The notes: generated from the letters alone by a model not told the origin. 64,000 bases of DNA from Neoechinorhynchus agilis (GCA_051530055.1 CM121342.1:15825480-15889479); one strand, 5' to 3'. Shown: positions 23,115 to 37,600, counted from the first letter of the stretch. Program-made: numbers and translations.

Positions 23115-26100
23115 ATGGCATCAGCTGAAGCGACGTTTGGACAACAACGACCGTCAGTCAAATTCATTGACCATTTTTGGGTATGTAAACTTGTGCGTTT
23201 TACTGATTTTCCTGCATTCCAAAGAAGGCAGGATTCTTCTTTTAAAATGAACGTACACTCCGGCCTTTTCTCTACTTTGAAATAAGATGCTTGAAACATT
23301 TTTTGATCCACAAAAACTGACGTGGTTACTTTTGTTCATTTAAAAACAGGGCGAACGGAACCGAGGATTTGATGAGTTGATTCTCAATTTTAAAAAGAGT
23401 TACCAATCAAGTGACGAGTTCCACAAATTCGTACTTGAAAGGTTCGTTTACCAATATTCCCAACATGTCGTCGTCAGCAAAGCAATCTAGTGCGAACATT
23501 CAATCTCAGTGTAGTCGACTTTTTGGTCGACTTTCCAGTCAATTGACCAAGTTTAACGCTACGACATGCTTCTTCCCAATGACTCAGCTCCTAAAAAAGT
23601 TCATTGACGATGTTGTCAGTGTACATGACAAGACTAATGAAGAATATCAAAACTTGGCTGAATGGGTGGCCGTTTATAACTCCGAGAAAAAAGATAAACA
23701 ACGAAGCGTCAAGGAATCCGAGAGCAGAACGGCTGATCTTATCGCCATTCTTAACAATACGCTAAACAGTTTAAACAAGGTAGGAATTCGGCCGAATGTT
23801 GAGCTATGTCATTTTTATCGATACGACAAATTTTTTTCTTTGAGGCAGAATAGGATTTTTAAACATTCTAGTTTCAGTAGGTGGCATACTTAGCACATGG
23901 AACAAATCGCGATTTTGTATTTTTTTAGGTGGACACAAATTTCTTTAAGAGTCTGATTGAATATAAGTAGCTTTGTTTTACATCATTATTTTTTACTTTG
24001 ACTTAAAAAAATGCATAGTGGTAGCGATGATCAAACTGAACAAAGTCGTCGTGCTTTACACTAGAAAAAATGCGAAGTATTCGATTTTTTCACAATATAT
24101 ATTGTATATTCAGAAGCGTTAATTGATGTGACTAGTTCGACGGTTCACACTATTGCTCCAAATATCCTCATCGGTGCAACTGAGACATTTCAAAAACTTC
24201 GGTGACCTGAAAATGGAACTGATTTATTTCTAAATGTGTATAAAAATAGCATGTACTCTGGATCATATTAGAACGGAATTTCTCAAATCCGCAATCTGAG
24301 TTGTGCACCTATTAACAACTTATATAGTGGTATTTTTTAATAATAAAGGTAAAAGGTCAATACGAGCTCTATTTGAGCGATTACCGTCGACAGACGCAGA
24401 ATGGTATCGCCAGTGGCATTGCTCATTCAGCAAGCACAAAGGCGATTGATAGAACGGAAAAGAAACTGAAATCAGCCGGTACGTGCATGGTTGCTTTAAG
24501 ACATTCTTAGTCCTTTGTGTGAACAGAAGAAGAATACCGGAGTTTAATTAATAAGTTTAATGCGGCCCGAGATGAGTTCGAGGTGAAGTTTGGCTATACA
24601 TGCAATGTGAGCAAATTTTGCTTTATATAAAGCACAAAAAAGGAATATTTATTTTAGAACTTCCAGGAAATTGAAGAGCAGCACTTGTCAAAGATGAAGA
24701 ACTTCGCTCTGACATATTCCGAATGCATATCTGCTTGTGCTCAAGGAATCAAAGATGCAGCACACAAATTCGCATCCGCCTGTGATGAAATTACGCTGGA
24801 TGAGATGCTAAAGGTTTTCGTGGATAGCAAAGCAACTGGCACTGAGCGACCACGCGAACTCCGATTTGAAACGGCTTCTGTACCAGTCACTGAAAGATCC
24901 CGGGAAAACATGCTTGATTGGTTATTTCCGGGCAAAGATTCAAAAAAGTTAATTGCTGGAAGTTTGATTGATTCCACATCTCCAACTCCTATTCTTGGTG
25001 AGTGTATTATATACGTGAAACAGTACCTTAATGGGAACTCGTTTAAAAGGAGAAAGAGCGACACCGGAAATGAATGCCGCCACTTCAAATACAACCCAAA
25101 CCTCGTCAATCAATGATCCTTTTTTCCACTCATTATTCCTAGGTATGTTTACGCTCTTTTTTTCGGCCGAATGCATCTCGATTTCTGTTTGTTATTTTTG
25201 GGCTTATAGTACTGCTTTAAATTTGGCGTGTTTTTCAGTAACCATCCTGGAGAATACTTGTTGGACCTCTATTGATTGAAAAATGGGAGCAGGTCTAATT
25301 GCAGGTTCGTTTTGTATGCGAACTTGTTCATACAAAAAGTAAAAGGCTTCACTCAATACTTTCTAGCTGGGGATTTAGTTTCGTAAATTGCTGCTAATAA
25401 ACGTTTGGTCATAGAAAAAGGAAACTTACATTTTGATTGGTGTTTCCCTAGCTGTCCATTTGATCCGAGAAGTCATTTTTGGGCATAAGAAAGCAGCGTG
25501 AATTCGGTCTTCTGAACACAGTTTTGTATTAATTCCCCCACGTGCAGGCTTCTTTAAAAGCAAAGATAACAACGACAGTGCAATGAGTTCAATGTCCAAT
25601 TTACGAAAAAAGCACCGCTTTCGCAAATCTAAAGCAAAACGCAATTCATCTGAAAATCAAGGCAACGCCGAGCATGTTGAAGAACCACCTCAACGTCCTG
25701 CCACATCAGCTGAGCTCTATGGACCAGAAACAATCCAGAGCTCGTACTCATTGTTCCGGAATAACGCTACTCGGTCATCCTCATTGTCATCCGGGTCACC
25801 GAAATTCGGTCGAACAGCTCTTGAAAATTGGCCGATTAGAGATTCTAGTGACGCTATAGTCAATGATTTCCAGGAAACACCATCTCGTAGTCGAAGTCCA
25901 AGCATCCAAAGTACATCTTCGTCAAATGATTCCTGTGGTCACGACGAACCTGACATTGGTACCCGTCTCCGCTTCACTATACAACCTCAAAACGAAATTA
26001 GTAAGGCGCCTAGCACAGAAATGGTATTTTATAAATTATCTGAGCCACCACGATCCAGACTCAGCCGCCCTGCTACAGCCTGGCAGCAGAAACAACATTA

Positions 26101-27578
26101 CTATGATCCGTACGAGAAGAACTCAGAGAATTCACGATGTCGATCAGCCCTTCCATCCGGATCATCCATCCGCCCTTCCGTCAATGGAAAACAATTTCCA
26201 ATGCAATTTGATGAACTGAGGCGAAACCCAAGCGAGGCAACGCTATGTCCAGATGAATGTCGAATGAATGTAAACGACGATCCCTACATTGGAAGCGGTG
26301 GGGACGATGCATTTCAACCAGGTCGTCCAACTTTTGATTGGTCATTTTCAAGATGCAATAGTAGAACAGATTCAGTTTCAAGTAATCCTGATGATTCGGC
26401 CCTTTCGCAACCATTTATTGTTAATGTTCCAGTAAAAATTCACGTTGGATATATTCACACAATAATCGCCGCAAATAAGGTCTAAATCTTCAGCTTGATT
26501 AACTGTTAAATTTTCATTTTTTGTGAATGTGATCCGTGCTTTTTAGTGTTATATCACATAAAGATCAAAACCGAGAGGTTTTTAAGTTTGATTTTAATTA
26601 AAATATTAAATAATCAGCCGCTTATCGATTGCAGCATCTTTTTGGTACCTATGTCTTGAGTATGAATTTACACATTTAACACTTTTTCTTGCCTTCATGA
26701 GAAATTCTCTGGAAGTTTACTTATTACATAGTGTCTAAGCACTTTGAAACTCTTACCGTTAAAGTTATTCACCATCCAAACTGAAGATTTTCAATTGTAA
26801 GCAATGCGTCGCAGCGTGTTTCAGCTTTTCCGCAATAACCGTTGAACAGCTCATCCGATCGGATTTCCTACTTACCTCTCCACCTCTTCGATTTTCCGTG
26901 AAACGCACCGACCATGTTCAAAAGGCAATGATAAACCAGAATCTACTCACTGAATTGCCCGAATCACTGAATAGTTCCACATCTTCTTATGTTTTAAATT
27001 CAATGGCGATGCAACGTAAACTGAAACACAAAATCCGAGAATCGAAATCGAATGTAGTTGTCGAGCTGATCAAGTACGAAATCGAATCACCTCGCGATTT
27101 TGTTAACTATTTTATGCTTCGAACAAAAAGAATTGATATTGTCAAATGGAGAATTAGTCTTTTAACTTGTATATACCCTGCAATGAAGCAGAATTTGTAC
27201 TCACGACGGATCTGCGAGGTTCATTTAGGATTTGACCCATTATCAATTTTGGCTTCGAACCAACAAGACTTTGTGCTTCACAGCAATTACGCACAATGGA
27301 CAGTCCGCGAGATGAACGCTATCACTGAAATGCCTGGGTGGTATGGAGCGCATTTGGATATTCATTTAGACGAAGGATATCGGTTCCGACAGTGCTGGAT
27401 TGATTTGGATTGTGACGTGAATGAAAGTGATTGGAAGAGGGAATGTGTAGCAAACGAACTTGCTTCACTCCTTACACCACTTAATATTATCTTGTCTGAT
27501 GACTGCTGGGAGTATTTCAATATTGTGAATGTTAAACTGAAAACAAGGGGACGAATATATCTTGAATTAGATCAGTGA
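23115..27578 (+). CDS. FCHO: FCHo1/2-type F-BAR plus mu-homology-domain endocytic protein, multi-exon
   Basis: FIDHFW|GERNRGFDELILNFK..SSDEFHKFVLE (F-BAR start), FVDSKATGTERP, a Ser/Pro-rich linker (25583-26485) and a muHD-like exon (INQNLL...VELIKYEI) at 26898-27578. Confidence 0.85.
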
Positions 27579-28199
27579 CAATCGAAGGAAAAATAAAACA
27601 TAATAGCTCAGTGAAATCAAAGATTATCAAGAAATAAAAGATGAGGGTTGTAAATGCGATTTAAAAACTGAACGGTAGATAAATTACATTATCTATTTTA
27701 AAGTTTCGAAAAGGTTAGTGGGTCATCTTTGTCTTAAGCTGGTCGCCAGATTATTGCACTTTCGAGAAATTAGGGAAACATAATGTTAGCTAAGATTGAT
27801 TTTTATATAATGGATATGTTGCTTGTGAATTGTATCAATTCATTCTTTTGAAAATTTGCGTTGCACCGGTGAAATAGTGGCGTTATGTGATAAAATTTAT
27901 GCATAGTAACTTCCTTAATCGAAAGATTGGACCAAAAATTCACGGTTATTCCATTTAATGGTTTGCCAAATTAGCAAAAAAAGCACTGACGCGTAATTAT
28001 GATTCTACTGAATTCGAAATCGAACTATAAAATTGATACCTTTCTTAATAAAAAATGCCTTTTAAGTTTTTCACAACGTAGTGCCCTTTGTTTAAAAACA
28101 ACTGTTTAGCAAACGACTTATCAGTTCTTATAACAGTAAGGTTTGTCAAACAACGATAGCGAATCGTCAATTTACAATGTACGTTTTGGGATAATTGGT

Positions 28200-30526
28200 T
28201 TATCCGTTATATTCACGACTGCTTGATCTGTCAGTAAGACATTCAATGGGCACAATAGCTCCTTCGGCGTCCGTAATGATAGTATTTTGCCGAGGTACTG
28301 GAATTAATTTCCCGTTTCTACTACTCAAGCCTTCTTCGTTGTTTTGATCAACACAAATCGAATTCGAATCAATTACTCTTGATTGAAGCTGCTCGCCACA
28401 AGATGCACAATAGATTCTAAGTGCATACGCAGGCTCTCCGTATCTATACAGATCGACGCCTAAGTGTTAGTTTATTTTTCAATACGGAAAAATGAGTACT
28501 CAATCCTTACCCCTAATCTCGTCCTCAAATGAAAATCTATAATTTTGTGAGATGGAAAAGCAAAGAAATAAAACGATAATGAGGATTGAGGTCCATAGAA
28601 TAATGACCAGACAGGCACACGTATTCCATAGTAGGATCCACCAGCCATTTTTGATTGCCCTTATTCCGAGATGCGAGATCGTAACGTAATGATGTCCGCC
28701 ACTTAGGACCTTTAGTCCGCTGACCAGGAGCATTCCCACTAGACCTCCAGATAAATGTGCTATTTTTATAATTGAAAATGGATATTAATATTTGCCAAGT
28801 CGCATACCAGAGCACGTATCGGCAGGATCGTCTATTCGTAGCTTGGATGTCGCCTTGCTGAATAAAATGTAAATCGGAGGTACGATTAGACCAGAAATGA
28901 CTGACGCCCATGGCTCGTACACAGGCGCACCACTTGATACCGACACCTTTATCCAGGGGTTAGTATGTATTTGAATAGAAATAAATTACCATTCCAGCGA
29001 TCACAGAGTTTGACAAAGATAAATGAAACCTCCGCTTAAGTCGTGATCCATGCATGGACCAGAAGTTTGTGAGAAGATAAAATTCTAGTCCGCTTGTTGA
29101 CCCAGCTATGATTGTGTTATAGGCGCCGCGACCGATTATGTTGAGATCGGTAATCGAAGATTGAACATTGGTACAGCAATTGAGGCTTAGGAATCCGTAA
29201 TAAATGAGGATGTGGCCGATTGTTTGAATCGGCATATTGTGACCAAATAGTGGTAACAAACGAGGAATAAATCTGCCATGCCGTGGACCGAGAAACCAGG
29301 TACCGACAAGGCCAGCAACACCGGATGTGAGAAAGATGACTGAAGACCCACATGAGTCCTGTAAGAAAATTAATTCAGAAAAGAATTTAGAAACAGGTCT
29401 CCTATTAGACTATAAAGGCATATCTTGGCAATACATCTGCAGTGTGCACCAAAATGGGCATTAAACCGAATGTCCTAAACGCATTACGAATCGGGCGTTG
29501 TGAGAAAGCAATGATCAAAGTGATTTTCATTGTATTATTTATTGACCACTTAGGATTGAATCTAAAAAATTCAACATCTAAGCGTTTCCGTAAAAAGGAG
29601 CACACTCTTGAGACCTTTGTCCTTCATGATTAAGAGGTTTCTGGGACCTTGAATGATAGCTCGCCTATGTTTATCTAAGGCAATCAATATTATGACATTT
29701 CTCCCTTCTATTTATCTCTCAGAATCTTTAAGAGCACGCGACGTCTATTATGATCTCACAGGAATAAGCCGATTATCAATTGTATTCAATTTTAAAGTGC
29801 TGCGGCGACATTCAATATAATCCCTGAGGCTTCATAAAGAGAAATACTTACGGTTGCTCCAAGCTTATTTAGCCATCCATGGGAACTCCACATCCAATGA
29901 CAAATGACTGGATATACAAATGCTTTTAAGGCAACAAATTAGAGGCAATTTGAATTAAAATGACCAAACCTGTTATAAGACTGCAATAGACCACACTGCC
30001 ATAAACTTTGAATCGCTCAGCAAATGCGGAACTGCTGCTCATTGCAACAAGTAGCGCAAGTGTTGTGTGAAAAAATACATGATTGTATTTATCGTAGCTT
30101 GAATCAAATACGGCTTCATTGAGGTTCTTGGTGAACCAATAGCCATGCCCAAGCATTCCATTTGCGGGGATCCCGAAGGCAAAAGCGTATCCGACGCCCC
30201 AGAAGCATAGATTTGTAATGGCTAAGGTGGATCTATAAGGAAGATTCCCGATACAAAAGTGTGCTAACTAAGAAAGAGAATAAGCCTGAAGAGTGTATGT
30301 ACAGCATTTTGGCTTCTTATTGATCCACATTCCACCAGACTGTATCCGGCAGTCATTGCTATGTTAGGAAAAAAGTGAACACTTGGTTGTAGTCGGTTTG
30401 CAGACCTAAGATTGAAGTAGAGCGAAACAATTGGAGCAGTGTGTATCCTTCGCTGATTAGACTATTTACTTCCTGATCGATGTGAGCGGCTGTTAGGTTA
30501 TTGGACGTCAAATTGTGCTGAGCCAT
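28200..30526 (-). CDS. Amt: Ammonium transporter (Amt/MEP/Rh family), divergent, about 8 exons
   Basis: GYSLVECGSIRSQN, FWGVGYAFAFG, AFAER, FVYPVICHWMW..GWL, LGPRHGRF, LRIDDP..AHLSGG and GVDLYRYGEPAY are present. The introns checked are all GT-AG and in phase. Confidence 0.9.
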
Positions 30527-32234
30527 TTGTGCTAGAAACGGGTTAATATAAGAGCAACGACGGCGCGATACGCTTCAAATGAGGCTCCTGTATTACTTTC
30601 ATCAACCTTATCGGCGACTATCTTTTTCTTTCTAGACTTTTTGTACATTCGCACACTCCTTCACGAACACACAATAATAGAGCTTCCCACTAGGAGTTCT
30701 GATGGTGGATAGACAGACAAAAAACGCAGACTTGATCAATGGGACAAAAGGCCGTCTTTAGGAAAGTGTCAAGATTACGATCCATAGACCCGATGCCCAA
30801 GAACCAGTTTATCACCGCTTCATGAGGAGAAGGAATCTACTGATATTTCGATTAGGCAAACGGGGAGATGTTTTCGCAGCTTCTTTGGGATTCATCCGAG
30901 TCTAATAATAAAGCAGGAATACCTACCGGTGGGAGCTTGTGGCTGATACACAAAGATTTGGCGTGTGTACGGTTTCTTTTCCTTCGCATACCCGTGGATT
31001 CTTATTCTCTGCTGATCTGCCACGTGCTCTGCCGTTCGTTTATGTCTGCATGCAAAAGTCCATCCTTCGGTTGGTCGCACAAACGGTGTTTAGTTTTGCA
31101 GAAAAAGTCTTCTTCCATGCAGTGTCTATCCGTACTTCTTAGGCCCTTCCTGGTGTTACACAAGATGAATTCCTTCTGCAGCTTTCCCTAAGATTAATTA
31201 TGTGGCGAAAGATGGACAGAATCTTTGCTGGCTAAAGAAAAAACCCGTTGTGTCATGTCATAAAAAATCAATGTGACATTTGAACCCTTTCAGATGGTAA
31301 CGGGGACATTGGATATTTACTTACCATAACTGTAGTATGACGAATCTTCTTTTTAATCTCGAATTTCCCTGCCAATGCTTCATACGCAGTCGTAAACAAA
31401 CACGTCCTTCTAATCCGGATCATTGATTCGAACTTCGCTTATCTTGCATATGTGAAACTCGTATCTTAAACTAAATTTTCCCCTCAAAATTTTGAAAACA
31501 TGACCACCGGGCACTTTGAGCCCGCTAAAATACTCTTGTGGTGCGGTTCAAACAATATTCGATCTCGACTAAAGCTTTTTGATGACAATTTGTTGCTTAA
31601 GGGAACTAAAATGTGTTCAGTCGTGCGTCGTTTTTAGAACTTTTAATCGGCCCAAACTACTTTGCTTTAAACACCTTATTAGTCCCAAGTGTTTTCATAA
31701 AAGCTTTTGATATTTTATTCAGAATAATATTCGAAACATTAATTTGCGAATACTTTAATTTACAACTTCAATGGATAACGGGCAATTCGTACTGCAACAT
31801 TAATGATTTTACTCTTCTCGCTTCCAATACCATTCCAACATTTTTGCACAATGTTTTAGGTTTTTCAAATAGTGAAAAAACACTGACAACGCTCAAAACA
31901 ACCATCGCCCTACTAAATTCCCGGTGTTCAAATCATTTCGTTTGTTTAGGCAACGCGAATCAATCGACTAAAATAGGGTTTTATAAAATGCAAAGAACTA
32001 GAACGCCATTGACATTAAATGGCGGGTTACAAAATTATCAGTCGTGGAAAAGGCCTTACTTCAACACAGAATATACGTAACCGGCTAGCCAGACTTAAAA
32101 AAATCACGAATAATTTAAATAATTAAGTATCAATGTGTGGCCTTTTATCACGACTGATAATTTTTCGAGCACACAGGCCACCGATCTGGTTCGGAGAAGT
32201 AATTAAATCACTCAATACACTGGACCATCCGGTA

Positions 32235-32403
32235 TGAGTTTGTACATTCCTCCGGATTCTCAGATACCTCCAGTAGGCGGGACTCATCAGTGAGTTCCTC
32301 CCTTCAGTGGTATTTCGTAACCTTTGGTTGTGCGTCATTGGCGGTAACGGATTCGAACCAGTTGACCCTTAACTGGGATCAAGGGCATCCCGTCGAATAT
32401 ACA
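32235..32403 (-). mobile_element. Small dispersed TIR-bounded element with tRNA-like core (copy 1)
   Basis: Begins TGAGTTTGTACATTCC. It shares CCCTTCAG..GTATTTCG..TTTGGTTGTGCGTCATTGG and the B box GGTTCGAATCC (minus strand) with the copies at 38.7, 54.2 and 57.0 kb. Confidence 0.7.
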
Positions 32404-32580
32404 TTAACGGTTTCGATGAGGAACATTTCAATCACAGTATCAACAGCTAAATTTAGTGGAAAAAGATGTTCTTTAACCTCTCAAAATGGAAGGTGATATT
32501 ATCTTTAGGTTGAATTTTAATTCGATCCCATGAGCACGCAAGCAGAAAAATTTGTAACAAAAAGGACACTTTACAAACGT

Positions 32581-32835
32581 TTAATATGCCCGGTCCGCCA
32601 TTCCTTCATTGACTGCTTTATTGAACAGATCTGCCTGCCTCCCTTCATTTGAACATCTAAGAACGATACTTCGATTTTGACCTCTTGTTACGTATTTTGA
32701 AAAAAGTTCAGGATTTCGTAACTTTGTCTCAGTAAGACATTGGATAGCAGCACGAGCGCATTCGACGGCTATTGAATCAGGGGTCGTGAAGTTATGATCT
32801 CTAACTACAAGCGCTATCTTGTAATCCTTGTCCAT
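32581..32835 (-). pseudogene. Truncated copy of the PTH2-like gene (C-terminal deletion)
   Basis: Identical to 63016-63253 up to NEGM. It then lacks the VATTV...GVGPD...DKITG segment and ends ADRAY*. Confidence 0.8.
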
Positions 32836-32959
32836 TTAAAAACCAGCAAAAAAGAACTCCGAGTCTGTGTCACTCACAAAATCACGAAAGTTGATTTGTT
32901 GCAACTCGTGTCCTGGAAGAAGCATATGAGATTTTTCTGAACTATTTAATACTCCACTG

Positions 32960-33790
32960 ATATATGAACACTCGGAAATTATCCGATCCCTAACCAAAGG
33001 CGTATTTCAAGGTGCTGTGCTGTCACCACTTCTCTTTAATATATCCCTAAACGACCTCAAACCTCTCTCCTCTCATTCTAAACTTTTCTTATATGCCGAC
33101 GAATTCACCCTCATCACTCAATCACTATCACACCTCCCAATCCTTTACCTCTAACGATATCACACACCTAAAAGACTTCTGCACCAATCACAAACTCCAT
33201 CTCAATTTCTCTAAATGCTTCAAAATGATCCCTTAATTCTCCCTAAACCCTATATCCTCCCCGGAGCTTCTAGATGACATCATACGAGTCACCTTCCTAG
33301 GAATTATGGGTTTACAATTTTAATCAAACGTGAAATGGAAATCGTACATTACTCTCTATCTCAAGCTCAATACCTCTAAAATTTATCTCCTCAAACGCCT
33401 CCGAAATTTAATAACCGCTTCACCCGATCTCTCCAAATTTTACTTCAGCTTTATTTTACCTCCCGCACCTACGGTCATCCCGTATTTTGCAACCTATCCA
33501 AATCTCAAATCCGTCCTCTTGAAATGTTTCATAAAAGAGCATCTAAAATTTGCACAAGTAACTCTCCCCTTCTCACCGAATGCCTTGATACTATTTTCAT
33601 AAAACAAAAACGCCTATCAACCCTACCATCACAATTTCTACCGCATATCGCCCCATTTTAACACGAGCATAAAACTCGTAATCCTAGTTCGTTTCATCCT
33701 TCTATACCTCGTACCTCCCTATACCTATGCTCCTTTTTCCATGCTGCCCAATCTTCTCGGATATCATAACTTGAAATGAACCTGGGGAGA
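32960..33790 (+). mobile_element. Decayed L2/CR1-type non-LTR retrotransposon 3' fragment
   Basis: GVFQGAVLSPLLFNISLNDL, YADE and LKW..YI....SKIYLLKRL occur with stops and frameshifts. A sibling copy lies at 51620-52440. Confidence 0.8.
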
Positions 33791-34060
33791 GACAAACCTT
33801 ACAAGCACTCCTGCAAACAATATCTGCCAGTCCCCACCAGAACGGACATAGCAAGACCTGATATTTCCACCCGAAATTTCTTAAACACAAAAAATAATAA
33901 AACGTGTTATTATAAATCCACTGATTTACGAACACTCGGAAATTATTGGCATGGAAAATTAAAGGAAACCTATCATTGGCGTAGTTGTATCCATGGAAAC
34001 TGAAAACAGCAACCCATTCGCATGAGCGAGTAGGACTCGTCCAATCAAGAGAAAGTTCAA

Positions 34061-37000
34061 ATGTCGGTTCCAGTAAATGCAATGGTCAATCGACTCTTGA
34101 CCTATTCCGCATGCCTCTTAGAATGTGGAAGGTGCTATTTGGAATCCGCTAACCTTCAAGTTGAATTCTTTGAAATGGATCGAAGTCAGGATAGAGCAGA
34201 TCAGGAAAACAAAGCGAAAAGGAATCGGCAGGAGGAAGCAGAGAAAACCGAAATCGAAGAGGAGCTTAAGTTTATGAGGGAAGATACCAGCATTGCCGAA
34301 ATTCATTTGAAAAACACTGTCCATGAAAATTGTGATCAAATGAATAGCAGTTCTTTACCGATTTGTCACTATCACTTAGGAGCAGGGCACAAACTGGAAG
34401 TTGCACAAAGAGCGGTGCAATCGTGCTGCCAAATGGTCAGCAGATTGATCCGCCAGATCAATGCCATGAGGCGCACGGATCCCTTGAAGGCAATTCAGCT
34501 TGAAATTGAAACGAAACAGGCTCAACTTCTATTCATTGAGCAATTCAATAGGTTCTTCGAACCAGATGATCTTTTTCGGTATTGTCAGAATAACGAGAAT
34601 TTAAAAGATCAAGTTGATGAACTCGAAGAAAAATTGAATTGTGCGTTCTTAGCACTCGAAGGAGTAAAGACCGCCGAAGAGACTGCGTGTCTTTTGCCAA
34701 CTTGTGAAAGCATTTTACTTTCGATGCAACGAATTCTCGAGACTTTCCTGGAAATAAGGAATGAAGTAGACCAAAAGATCGATGAAAAAGAACAGGAGTA
34801 TGTTTTGTCGACAATTTGAATTTAATTCCAAAATCTAATTAATAGATTCATGTTTGACGCCGGTATTAAACAATCGGCGGATGGTGAAAGTTTAAGTAAA
34901 TTTACGAGATATTGTGTATTTTTATCTCAAATGTTTTTTTAGCAATGGACTACACGATTGTGGTTACCAACGGAGAAGGCGGAATGGAAGTGGATGATGA
35001 GACAAAGACGTATCCGATTTTGCTTAGACTTTTTGGCAAAACTGGAGTAACTCATTATTTTAACCTTAGCAGCTCTTTAGCGAAGAATGAATTGTTTAAA
35101 CCAGAAACCGGCGTTCAATTCCAGTTTAATGGTCGGTCAATAAACACAATCGAAGGCATCGAGATATGTGAATTTGACGGATGGGTAAAGAAATGGGGCA
35201 TCTCAAGCATACAAATACTTTGGAATGATAAAGGAGAACAGCTATCTGAAATGTAAGAAATTCAGCACTTAAGTCGGCAATAAAACGTAAACTGTTTAGA
35301 TTTTCGATAGATACAGACATCGAACCGAGCGATAAAAACTCCATGATCAAGGTATTCATTACAAAAGAAGGCGGGCTGAGCGACCATCTGCCAAACCAAC
35401 GTAAACTCCTCATATTTTCAGTTCTCTAAAACTGAAACATGCCTCTTCCTTTTAGTTTCAGAATCGTTGGAAAACCAAAAGCATGCTAACCACCTTAAAG
35501 GTTTGTTAAAGCTGTTGATCAAATTTAACTACGGTTCAAATTTTTAAGCTGGCTACACTCACCTTGTCCATCTTGGAACATCTTCAGGTCGAATGGAAAA
35601 GTCAACGAGACTGCAACTCACAGTTTATTCGAATTGCGCCAAAATCACAGAACTCATTAATCTTCATTGGAACGAAGGGCGATTTGGCAAAAAGGACGAA
35701 GATGCCGTCTATTTTAAATGGCCTCGGATTAAGAAGGTTTTTAGCTGGGTTGGAGAGAATCTTTGACAATATTTTGAACAGATTAGGGCCATAGATTTGT
35801 CAATCAACGAAACGCCGAAAAGCAATCTGAAGTGTTCATACGTAAAGATAAGAGATTTATCCAACGACACAGAATACCAGTAAGTTCTCTTTTGATGGCG
35901 AATTAATCAAAATTATGTGTAGATTTCCGATTGCAAAAACATTGACAGAAAAACCGGAACGTATTAGTCCGTTCTTAGCACTCGGGAAAGGTAAGGACTT
36001 CTTCTATGCAACTTTTGGCACCGATTCATTAGGGAACACGAGATATCAAGTTCACATAAAGACGGGAAATCGAGACACCCGTGGATTTGAAAGGAAAAAA
36101 CAAATTGTTTATGTGAACTTTTGTTCTCAACAAATAAAGGGCGAACTTCTCATACTACGAGCCAATGCCGTGAATCCGGAGCCATTTAGGCGCGATCAAG
36201 TAGACGTATTTAAGGTTCACAACGTTCGACAAGTTCCCGAAATGACCGAATTGGAGGTATGGCACAACGGTTCCGAAGGAGATTCTTGGTACTGCGATTG
36301 GGTCAAAATAGAAGACATTGAAACGAAAACAGAAACAAAGTCAATTGCACTTTCGTCAATAGTCGATTAAACCGAAAGTTTAGATTCGAAGTAAAGAAGG
36401 TCCTTATAAATAAAGGCGAACGGAAAGTTGGTAAAGGTGTTTTGGTGAAGGCAAACAGATCAGCACTATTTTGTGATGAATATCGTAAGCTTGGCTTATT
36501 TGAGAGAACATTCGAGCATTTGTATTTCAGTAAAGAAATTACAGAGAATGAAAATTGAGAAGGAGGGGAAAGAATATTATATTGTAACTGTGCGAACCGG
36601 GGATCGAGGAAACGTTGATTTTGACGGAAAAATCTTTATTGTCCTGCATGGTGACAAAGGATCATCTGAGATGCTGCGATTATCAGATTCAAAGACTGGC
36701 GGAAGTCCATTTTCAAGATTAAAGGAGGACGTATTCGTTTTGGACAGAATAGACGCTGTAGGAAAGGTGAGAATTTTGGTAGCCATAAATCCAAAGAATA
36801 CTTTGATTGTTGTAAATTAGATAAAGAAGATTGAACTGATGATTGAAGACAGATCAAGGAACGGTTGGTTCTGCCAAGGCATCGATTTAGCCAATTGCGA
36901 CCACGAACATCTTCTGCGGTTGGTATTTTAAGGGTTTGTTTTATATAGCACGAAAGTAGGTTTCCGGTTAATCGTTGGTTGGGCGATAGTAAATTCGGCA

Positions 37001-37600
37001 AAGAAACGAGAATGGTTCTTGAAGAGAACACGAAGCCTAAATTTAGAAGGACGAAATCTGCCACTTTTTCGAAAACGGATTCAGGTAAACCTGTCCAAAA
37101 CAAAATATTGGAAAAATTCAAACCATTTAATATTCCTCAAACAGATAAAGAAAATATTGGAAAACGATCTGGACATAAAAAATCGGTGAAAGTAATAAAG
37201 AATGGCACCCAAATCAAAGGTGTAAATACTTTTTATCATCAGTAAAGATTACCTCATCATAGAAAGTCAAAACGAATCAGAGCCATCCTCTCAAGGGACA
37301 ACCAACGAATCCAAATCAAAGAAGTCAAGAAAGAGGTTCTTTGATAGGAAAAAGAAAGGAACGTTGAACGAAGATGAAGAGGGGGTTAGGAAAGGTAACA
37401 AAGGTAAATTTTTAGAAGATTTGCTGCGATTTGAGATATTCTTCAATTCTTTAAAAATTCTTGCAGAAAAGGAAAAGAATGATTTAATACACAAGAAACA
37501 AAAGAAATCACTAGCCAAGGATTCCACTTCAGAAAACGAAATCCCACTGCAAGAAAAGTCTAAGAAAGGAAACAAAGTATCGGCCAAAAGTAAGTGGTAA
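34061..37600 (+). CDS. Coiled-coil plus at least 3 PLAT/LH2 domains (LOXHD1-like) with a Lys-rich tail, multi-exon; 3' end uncertain
   Basis: PLAT motifs YQVHIKTG...FRRDQVDVF...LEVWHNG...WYCDWVKIED and YIVTVRTGD...VFIVLHGDKGSSE..L...F....DVF are present, with a third degenerate PLAT at 34940-35250. Confidence 0.75.

Noticed and set aside
30530-32100. Possible spliced minus-strand gene and the 155-aa plus ORF at 31613-32080
   Set aside because: Some GT-AG signals exist, but I could not build a consistent frame or recognise a domain.
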